Shown: one piece after another, positions 47,996-55,304 of the stretch
Position numbering within the stretch: position 1 is the stretch's first letter
How the letters are laid out: each line of letters begins with the position of its first letter
Source: Chloroflexota bacterium
Lineage (GTDB): Bacteria > Chloroflexota > Dehalococcoidia > GIF9 > AB-539-J10
Direction of reading: 5' to 3'
NCBI GenBank assembly: GCA_036834125.1
Contig: DAITOK010000004.1
Span: 4,446 to 68,445, forward strand
DNA length: 64,000 nucleotides
The notes under the pieces: generated by a model
Databases searched by the model: none
Told to the model about the DNA's origin: nothing
What the model saw: only the letters and a program-made list of their open reading frames with translations
Made by a program: the position numbers and the translations under genes

Positions 47996-48268
47996 TTTTT
48001 AATTAAAGGCTATACACACAGGTAGGCTTTCTGAGTGTCGAGAGCGGGGTCGTCTAGTGTTTTCAGTCAATGGAAAAGTATCATCGGCAGCAGTTCCCCT
48101 ATCCTCGGAGTATCCAAAATTTCTAAAGCCTTATCTCCACCCTGTAGCCAATATTTGCTGCCATTTGGTTAGGCAATATCTGTAAAGGAGGTGAGAATAT
48201 CGGGCAAATCAATGTATTCGGCATCTTTACAGAAGATTAATGAATTTAAGTAAAAGGGAGGAGGGAAA

Positions 48269-50440
48269 ATGGCATTAAAAAGATATTGTATTATTGCTGT
48301 TTTGGTAATTGTCGCGTTGCTGTTGCCCATAGGGGGTCAAGTTGGGGCTGGACAAGGCAACATAACGCTCACGCTAGATTGGATGATGTATGGCGGATAC
48401 AATCGTACATATGGATATTACGTCCCGACAGGTTACAACTCTAGCGGAGGCCCGGTTCCTCTGCTATTTTCGTTTCATGGTCTGGGCAGCAATGGACAGG
48501 CACAAGAGTACTTAACCAGCTTTGCTGAACTTGCCGAACAGGAAGGCTTTATTGCCGTATTTCCGTACGCTACGAATATACCCGGATACCATCCCATCCT
48601 GCCAACGTGGCTTCCCAATTACGGCATTCAGTGGAACCTGGATGGACCAGGGTCAATGCAATACTACTACGATGTTGATGACCTGGGATTTGTTTCGGCG
48701 TTAGTTGACAAATTTACCGCCGACTACAACATCACCCGTGGTCGCATATACGCAACCGGGATGTCCAACGGCGCCATGTTTTCATACTTCCTAGCCATGA
48801 AGCTGCCTGGCGTCTTTGCTGGCATTGCAGCAGTAACCTCTCCAATGACTCTAAATATGTGGGAGTACGATTTCGACACAGATGTTGGCTGTCCGGTAAC
48901 CGTGATTTTGATACAGGGCACACATGACCCCATCGTTCCTTATAATGGCCTGCCAAACGTAACCGGATCGGTTGACCAGACTATTGACTATTGGAAAGAT
49001 GCCAATAATATAACGACGGAACCAGTGGAAACGACCTTTGACGGATATCCGAATGACCCGACGAAAGTTTACCGCTATGTTTATGGTGGGGGTGCTGACA
49101 ATACCGAGGTAATACTGTATAAGGTTGACTTGGGCGGACACACTTGGCCCGGATCATATCAATATGCTCCTGAGGCAGTCATTGGCAAGACCTCTTACGA
49201 GATCAACGCTACTGAGAAGATATGGGAACATTTCGAAGCTCATTCATTACCACCGCTACCGCCTGTTCGAAGGTCGCCAAAAGTGGTAACACCGGGAGAA
49301 GAATTTGAGGTAAAAATTAGCTTCGCTGCCCCTGAGGGTGCATTCCAGAACATCAACCTCACTGACAGTGCTCCGACGGGCTGGACAGTAAGCGTTAATA
49401 CTACCTGGCCTGACCCGGATGCAGACACAGCCCAGACTCCAGCGGCTAATCAAGCGCAATATATTTGGAACGGCCCCTACAACAATAACACATGGTTCAC
49501 AGCAGTTTACAAGGTGAAGGTGCCTGATGACGCTGCACCCGGGAACTACACTTTCAGTGGTTTACTCAGGTACTCCGTTGGCGCAAACAACCAAGAGGCA
49601 GCAGTGAGAGGCAACACCCGTGTGAGAGTGGTGGACAGATATACTCTCACTGTCAATAGCGCCGCCGGGGGCAGTGTCACCATGCCAGGCACAGGGAACT
49701 TCACTTATCGCGGTGGAAAGGTGGTCTACCTGGCTGCTACACCCAGTTCTGGCTATAAATTCAGCCAATGGTCAGGCGATAATAGCACCGTGCAGATTGT
49801 TGGTACGGACCCCAAGTACGCCATCATTACCATGAACGGCAACTACACAATCACCGCCGAATTTGAGAAGATACCACCAACCGTTAGTACAACAACTATC
49901 TATTCCGGCGATGTCGGAACTGATTCGGCTAACCTCAAGATGTCATATACCATGGGTGGCTACGGTTCGGTAGATGTCCGCTTCGCATATAAGAAGTCCA
50001 CTGACACGGAATGGAGTAATACCTCCTGGACATCCAGATCGGCAGCAGGAACATACAACCAAACAGTTACCGGTCTTAGCCCTGCTACAACTTATCAGTA
50101 TAAGGCGCAACTCAGATACGACAGCATTGTGATTGAGGGGGCTGTGAAGCAGTTCACGACAGCGGCAATACCGGGCGGCGGAGGAGGTGGATGCTTCATT
50201 GCCACGGCAGCCTACGGAACCCCCACCGCAGTACAGCTCAACGTGTTGCGAGAGTTCCGAGATGCTGTGTTGCTGAAGAGTGCCCTAGGCTCTCGACTTG
50301 TTGACCTCTACTACAAAGCCAGCCCGCCGATTGCGGAATTCATATCACAGCACGACGTCCTGATGACCGTCGTCAGGGAGCTTCTAGTGGAGCCGATTGT
50401 GTGGTTGCTTAAAGCTACGAGCGTTATATGGCACAGCTGA
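48269..50440 (+). CDS. secreted multi-domain protein with five domains in series
   Basis: The 723-aa protein starts with the signal peptide MALKRYCIIAVLVIVALLLPIGG. The first domain is a PHB-depolymerase-family esterase with the GxSxG lipase box GMSNGAMFSYF and an HG upstream. A beta-sandwich domain follows. Next is a divergent InlB B-repeat (YTLTVNSAAGGSVTMPG...YLAATPSSGYKFSQWSGD). A fibronectin-III-like domain follows. After a Gly6 linker the last domain starts with CFIATAAYGT. Confidence 0.8.
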   Translation: MALKRYCIIAVLVIVALLLPIGGQVGAGQGNITLTLDWMMYGGYNRTYGYYVPTGYNSSGGPVPLLFSFHGLGSNGQAQEYLTSFAELAEQEGFIAVFPYATNIPGYHPILPTWLPNYGIQWNLDGPGSMQYYYDVDDLGFVSALVDKFTADYNITRGRIYATGMSNGAMFSYFLAMKLPGVFAGIAAVTSPMTLNMWEYDFDTDVGCPVTVILIQGTHDPIVPYNGLPNVTGSVDQTIDYWKDANNITTEPVETTFDGYPNDPTKVYRYVYGGGADNTEVILYKVDLGGHTWPGSYQYAPEAVIGKTSYEINATEKIWEHFEAHSLPPLPPVRRSPKVVTPGEEFEVKISFAAPEGAFQNINLTDSAPTGWTVSVNTTWPDPDADTAQTPAANQAQYIWNGPYNNNTWFTAVYKVKVPDDAAPGNYTFSGLLRYSVGANNQEAAVRGNTRVRVVDRYTLTVNSAAGGSVTMPGTGNFTYRGGKVVYLAATPSSGYKFSQWSGDNSTVQIVGTDPKYAIITMNGNYTITAEFEKIPPTVSTTTIYSGDVGTDSANLKMSYTMGGYGSVDVRFAYKKSTDTEWSNTSWTSRSAAGTYNQTVTGLSPATTYQYKAQLRYDSIVIEGAVKQFTTAAIPGGGGGGCFIATAAYGTPTAVQLNVLREFRDAVLLKSALGSRLVDLYYKASPPIAEFISQHDVLMTVVRELLVEPIVWLLKATSVIWHS

Positions 50441-50452
50441 TGTGCTGTAAAT

Positions 50453-50515
50453 CGCTGGGCTGTTTTGCAAGGCTCACCTAACGATGTGAGGATATAGGAG
50501 CGAAGAACAGCCCAG
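50453..50515 (+). other. structured 3'-UTR element (nested stem-loops)
   Basis: The outer stem pairs gctgggctgtt with aacagcccagc. It encloses an inner hairpin ctcac-ctaacgat-gtgag, beginning 13 nt after the stop codon. Confidence 0.4.
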
Positions 50516-50540
50516 CAGGGATACGGCGTCTGCCGCGCTG

Positions 50541-50580
50541 AGAGCTGACCGTGCGTTTCGCACGGTCAGCTCTTCCATTT
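50541..50580 (+). terminator. strong hairpin, probable intrinsic terminator
   Basis: A perfect 15-bp stem pairs agagctgaccgtgcg with cgcacggtcagctct around a ttt loop, and is followed by tccatttcc. It lies between the surface-protein gene and polX. Confidence 0.5.
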
Positions 50581-50631
50581 CCGCTCTGTGGCTGAAACAG
50601 GAGTATAATAACAGGGGAGGCGAACAAGCGT

Positions 50632-52356
50632 ATGAAAAACAGCGAGGTGGCTAAGGTCTTTCAGGATATCGCCGACCTTCTGGAGCTTAAGGGAGAGAAT
50701 GTCTTCAAAATCCGCGCCTACCAGAAGGCAGCACGGGCTATCGAGCATTACCCCAGGGAACTGGAAAATATGGTTGAACAAGGGGAGGACTTGCAGATTA
50801 TTCCCGGCGTGGGGGAAGCAATAGCCAAGAAGGCCACTGAGCTGATCACAACAGGCAAGCTGGGTTATTACGAAAATCTCAAGGCTGAGTTCCCGCCAGG
50901 GATAATTAACCTTCTGGCTATACCAGGGGTTGGTCCCAAGACAGCGAACAAACTTTCCAAGGAGCTAGGTATAAGCTCGATAGATGAACTGGAGCGAGCC
51001 ATTCGCGATGGACGGGTGGCTAAACTCTTTCGCCTGGGGGAGAAGACTGCCGACAACATTTTGCACCAAATTCAGGCTTTGCGCCGCAAAGACCAGCGCA
51101 TACCGATCGGCGAAGCTTTGCCCGTTGTTGAGGAAATAGTAGCTGCCCTCCGCTCTATTCCCGGCGTGAATAATCTCACCCCCGCAGGTAGCCTGAGGCG
51201 CTTTCGAGAAACCTTGGGCGATATTGACCTGATGGGCACGGCTGAGAATCCCAAAGCTGTCATAGACGCTTTCGTAGCCTTGCCTCAGGTGAAGCAAGTG
51301 CTGGCTCAAGGTTCAACCAAAGCTAGTGCAATTGCCACTGGCGGCTTACAGGTTGATCTCAGGATGGTAGAACACGATTCATTCGGTTCTCTACTTCAAT
51401 ACTTCACGGGCAGCAAGCAGCATAATATTTCCTTGAGAGAAAGAGGGCGCAAGCAAGGACTCAAGCTGAGTGAATATGGAATAACTGTAGTGGCTATAGA
51501 CAAGCTGGAAAGGTTTGTCACTGAAGAGGAATTCTACCATAGGCTAGGTCTGCAATATATCCCGCCGGAGCTCAGAGAAGCACAAGGGGAGATAGAAAAA
51601 GCTGAGCAAGGTGCAATACCACGTCTCGTAGAGCTGTCAGATATAAAGGGCGATCTGCACGTACACACTGACTGGAGCGACGGACATAATTCCTTGGACG
51701 ATATGGTTCAGGCTGCCAAAGACATGGGCTATCAATATATTGCAGTTACAGAGCATTCGGCAGGACGTGGCATTGCTCACGGTCTGGATACGGAACGGCT
51801 AAGGCAACAGGTCGCTGAAATCAAGGCTCTCAATAAGCGTTTGACCGGCATTAATGTGCTAACTGGCATTGAAGTTGATATTCGAGCGGATGGCACTTTA
51901 GACCTGCCAAGTGAGATTCTCTCCGAGTTGGACATAGTGATCGCTGGCGTACATTCTGCAATGAACCAAGATGAAGAAAAGATGACCCGCAGGGTGATAA
52001 AGGCTATTGAAAACCCTGATGTGAATATGATTGCACACCTTACCTGTCGCATTATAGGAGAGCGCGAACCTATTGCCATAGACCTGGAAGCTGTCTTTCA
52101 GGCAGCAGCCAAGTACCGTAAGGTCCTCGAGATTAACGCCATGCCCGATCGCCTTGACTTGAGAGACGTTCACGCTTTTCGTGCCCGCGAATTGGGGGTG
52201 AAGCTTGCTATCGGCACTGACGCCCATAGCGTAGCGCACCTCGGTTTTATGCGATTTGGGGTAAGTGTGGCGCGGCGAGCCTGGTGCGAGCCCCAGCATA
52301 TCCTAAACACCTTGCCTCTAGAGGAATTGCTTGCCGCCTTAAAGAAGCATCACTAA
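50632..52356 (+). CDS. polX: DNA polymerase X family protein with C-terminal PHP (histidinol-phosphatase-like) domain
   Basis: 574 aa. The N-terminal pol-beta-like region has a helix-hairpin-helix (IPGVGPKTANKL). The C-terminal PHP motifs are HVHTDWSDGH and AVTEHS. A GGGGAGG RBS lies upstream. Confidence 0.9.
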   Translation: MKNSEVAKVFQDIADLLELKGENVFKIRAYQKAARAIEHYPRELENMVEQGEDLQIIPGVGEAIAKKATELITTGKLGYYENLKAEFPPGIINLLAIPGVGPKTANKLSKELGISSIDELERAIRDGRVAKLFRLGEKTADNILHQIQALRRKDQRIPIGEALPVVEEIVAALRSIPGVNNLTPAGSLRRFRETLGDIDLMGTAENPKAVIDAFVALPQVKQVLAQGSTKASAIATGGLQVDLRMVEHDSFGSLLQYFTGSKQHNISLRERGRKQGLKLSEYGITVVAIDKLERFVTEEEFYHRLGLQYIPPELREAQGEIEKAEQGAIPRLVELSDIKGDLHVHTDWSDGHNSLDDMVQAAKDMGYQYIAVTEHSAGRGIAHGLDTERLRQQVAEIKALNKRLTGINVLTGIEVDIRADGTLDLPSEILSELDIVIAGVHSAMNQDEEKMTRRVIKAIENPDVNMIAHLTCRIIGEREPIAIDLEAVFQAAAKYRKVLEINAMPDRLDLRDVHAFRARELGVKLAIGTDAHSVAHLGFMRFGVSVARRAWCEPQHILNTLPLEELLAALKKHH

Positions 52357-52466
52357 GCCCGGGCACATCGCAGGTTAAACTGCAATCAGCATCCAAATGT
52401 ATAGAGAAATACCGGAGTGGTTGGAACACAACCAACGAGTAAAAAGGCGAAAAAAGGAGAGTTACG

Positions 52467-53264
52467 ATGGCAAAACAAGATGTGCTTTATACGAAGGACA
52501 ACGGCATCGGCATAATAACGCTTAACCGCCCGGCGAAATTAAACGCCTTGACCCACAAAATGCTCGCTCGGATTCACTCACTCATCGAAGATGTCAAGAA
52601 AGATGACGAGGTGAGAGCTGTTATAGTGACCGGAAAAGGGCGAGCTTTTTCGGCAGGAACTGATATTACCGACGAGGTGCCACAGAGTGCTGAGATAGAA
52701 ATAAACTTCATGAAAGAGAAGATTTCCACAGAGTACCGACAATCACTCTGGTTCTTTAACAGTATTCCTAAGCCAGTGATTTGTGCCATAAACGGAGTTG
52801 CCGTAGGCATTGGAGCAGAATTTACACTACATTGCGATGTCAGAATCGCTGCCGAAAGTGCCCGATGGGGACAGGTGTTCGTCCTAAGAGGTATAACTCC
52901 GGATACAGGCGCAGGGACTTATCTCTTGCCTCGCATCGTGGGATTATCTAAAGCCTGCGAACTAGTGTTCTCAGGAGAAATCATTGACGCCCAAGAGATG
53001 CTGCGAATAGGGCTGGTGAGTAAGGTTGTACCTGACGCAGAACTGATGTCAGCAGCTAAAGAAATGGCCAAGAAGCTAACTAGAGGTGCTCCTCTGGCAA
53101 TACAGATGGCGAAACAATTGATGTACAGGGGGCTCGAGCAAACTATGGAAGCACACCAAGAAGCCGCGCGCTATTGCTTCCAACTGAGCTGCAAGACAGA
53201 GGATTTTCGAGAAGGCATCACGTCTTTTTTTGAAAAAAGAGAGCCTCGCTGGAAGGGCAAATAG
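52467..53264 (+). CDS. enoyl-CoA hydratase/isomerase (crotonase) family protein
   Basis: 265 aa with LNRPAKLNAL and the oxyanion-hole motifs GKGRAFSAGTDI and AINGVAVGIGAE. Confidence 0.85.
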   Translation: MAKQDVLYTKDNGIGIITLNRPAKLNALTHKMLARIHSLIEDVKKDDEVRAVIVTGKGRAFSAGTDITDEVPQSAEIEINFMKEKISTEYRQSLWFFNSIPKPVICAINGVAVGIGAEFTLHCDVRIAAESARWGQVFVLRGITPDTGAGTYLLPRIVGLSKACELVFSGEIIDAQEMLRIGLVSKVVPDAELMSAAKEMAKKLTRGAPLAIQMAKQLMYRGLEQTMEAHQEAARYCFQLSCKTEDFREGITSFFEKREPRWKGK

Positions 53265-53462
53265 CCAACTGCTCAGTACGTTTGCTTTACCAAGCCTGAT
53301 CGGGTCTACTCAAAGCCTCATGTTGCAGAGCCCGTAGTTTTAGCTTTATGGAGAAAAAGAAGCGTCTTTTCAAAGCAAAATAGGAATACTTATGTTTATT
53401 TAAACGTGCCTTGCCAATTGCTCGAGTGTTATAATCAACACAATTATCGCTAGGAGGAAACA

Positions 53463-54467
53463 ATGTTCAAAACACGCATAACCGAACTGTTTGGCATTAG
53501 GTATCCTATTATCCAAGGTGGAATGATGTGGATCTCTCGGGCGGAGTTGGTGTCGGCGGTGTCCAATGCTGGAGGACTCGGTATACTCACAGCATTTACC
53601 TTTCCTACCCCGAAAGAACTTGCTGCCGAAATCGAGAAGACAAAAACGCTTACCGATAAGCCGTTCGGGGTAAACATAACATTGTTGCCTACCCTTCGCC
53701 CCATAGATATTGACAGCTATATAGATGCGGTTATCGAATCGGGAGTGAAAATTGTGGAAACAGCCGGTAGAAGTCCAGAACAGTATATGGGGAGACTCAA
53801 ATCGGCTGGAGTAAAAGTGATCCACAAATGCACGGCGGTTCGTTTTGCTCGTACCGCCCAGCGAATAGGCTGTGATGCCGTTAGCATTGATGGTTTTGAG
53901 TGCGCTGGACACCCTGGTGAAGAAGATATCACCTCCCTTGTTCTTATTCCGTTAACCGTTGACGCGGTAGATATTCCTGTTATTGCTTCAGGCGGGTTTG
54001 GTGATGGTCGGGGTCTTGTAGCTGCTTTGGCGTTGGGAGCTGAAGCAGTCAACATGGGCACGCGCTTTATGGCTACTAAGGAGGCACCTGGACATCCCAA
54101 AGTAAAAGAATTACTCATCAAAGCATCGGAACGTGACACTGTACTGGTTCTGCGCTCATTCCGCAACACAATGAGGGCACTAAGAAATCCCACATCCGAA
54201 AAAGTGATAGAGCTGGAAAAGCAAGGTGCCGACATACATCAGCTTGAATCACTAATCAGTGGTAAGGTAGGATTGAAATTGCTCGAATCTGGTGATATCG
54301 AGAATGGGCTGCTCAGCGTGGGACAGGTAGTGGGTCTTGTTCATGACATTCCCACGGTTAAGGAGTTGATAGACAGGATAATGAGAGAGGCAGAAGACGT
54401 CGTCTCGCGGATTACCGCTCGTGGCATTTTCAAGCCGCTGCGCAAGCCGACAGAGGTCGCCAAATAA
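53463..54467 (+). CDS. nitronate monooxygenase / FabK-like FMN-dependent enoyl reductase family protein
   Basis: 334 aa with YPIIQGGMMWIS and SNAGGLGIL (TIM-barrel FMN family, NPD/NMO). It has AGGFGDGRG near the C-terminal half. Confidence 0.8.
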   Translation: MFKTRITELFGIRYPIIQGGMMWISRAELVSAVSNAGGLGILTAFTFPTPKELAAEIEKTKTLTDKPFGVNITLLPTLRPIDIDSYIDAVIESGVKIVETAGRSPEQYMGRLKSAGVKVIHKCTAVRFARTAQRIGCDAVSIDGFECAGHPGEEDITSLVLIPLTVDAVDIPVIASGGFGDGRGLVAALALGAEAVNMGTRFMATKEAPGHPKVKELLIKASERDTVLVLRSFRNTMRALRNPTSEKVIELEKQGADIHQLESLISGKVGLKLLESGDIENGLLSVGQVVGLVHDIPTVKELIDRIMREAEDVVSRITARGIFKPLRKPTEVAK

Positions 54468-54584
54468 GCCAGGATTTCCCTGCCTCGAATGGGTTCAGCA
54501 TGGCAAACACCCGTTTAACCCATGCGACAGGCATCTTCTGCAGAAAGTGTGTGTTCAGAGAAATGCAGTTCTTGTCCAAGGTAA

Positions 54585-55298
54585 TTGTTTGTAATGCCTG
54601 TGGAGGTGGCTGGAGTGCCCACTCGAGATATCCAAATAGTTCAAAGGCTGAAAAGCGCTATTGCTGAAGGTAAGAACTGGTATATAGCCTTACTCGAAGC
54701 CATCCGCGTTTGGGAGATGCTGGAGGAAGATTATAATGGGCGGCACTATCAATATCTTATTGACAACGAGGCTCTTGACTGGCTAACGGTCGCAGAGAGG
54801 TTGTGTCAGGAGCTCAGTGGACTTGTCCCCGAAAAAGAACTCGTCAACCTTCTTTTCTTCGGCATCCCGCCCATCGAATTATCCAAAGACGAGTTCAAGA
54901 GTTTGATGGGTGATAAGTACAAGGCTCACCTTAACTATTTCTACGGTGTTCTTGTAGAAAGATTTCTCATTCTAGCTGTGGCTGAGGAAATACGAAAGAA
55001 AAAAAGAGTCTTAGGCTTAAACACTGACAATGGGGTGCTCGACGAGGCATATCAACGAGTCTACGGTGCTTCCCAGTCCATCCTTCTGAAACAGTTCAGA
55101 AGAGAAAGACACTATCCTCAATTGAGGTCCATAAAGTTGAGAGAGCTTGACGAATTTATTTATTGGCTCTTCAAATACCGCATAAAGACCCAGGACAAGT
55201 CCCGTGTGGCTAGTGATACCAGGAAAGCCTTAAAAAAGTTGCACGAGCTACTAGCTCGCAAAACTAAACCAGCTCGCCTCTCGGTTCTTGAAGAATAA
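54585..55298 (+). CDS. hypothetical protein
   Basis: 237-aa ORF that is coding-like and predicted helical, with no recognisable motif. Alternative start at MPVEVAG (54594). Confidence 0.45.
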   Translation: MFVMPVEVAGVPTRDIQIVQRLKSAIAEGKNWYIALLEAIRVWEMLEEDYNGRHYQYLIDNEALDWLTVAERLCQELSGLVPEKELVNLLFFGIPPIELSKDEFKSLMGDKYKAHLNYFYGVLVERFLILAVAEEIRKKKRVLGLNTDNGVLDEAYQRVYGASQSILLKQFRRERHYPQLRSIKLRELDEFIYWLFKYRIKTQDKSRVASDTRKALKKLHELLARKTKPARLSVLEE

Positions 55299-55304
55299 GA
55301 CATA

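Noticed and set aside
47996-48268. c-di-GMP (GEMM-I) riboswitch in the long leader of the surface-esterase gene.
   Set aside because: There is only a superficial CACAGG match. The conserved GNRA-tetraloop/receptor hairpin and the ACGCAAAGCC segment are absent. It is kept only as an unclassified long leader.
50175-50195. GGCGGCGGAGGAGGTGGA run as a simple-sequence repeat or slippage hotspot.
   Set aside because: It encodes an in-frame Gly6 linker preceding the conserved C-terminal domain. It is functional coding sequence rather than a non-coding microsatellite, although slippage is not excluded.
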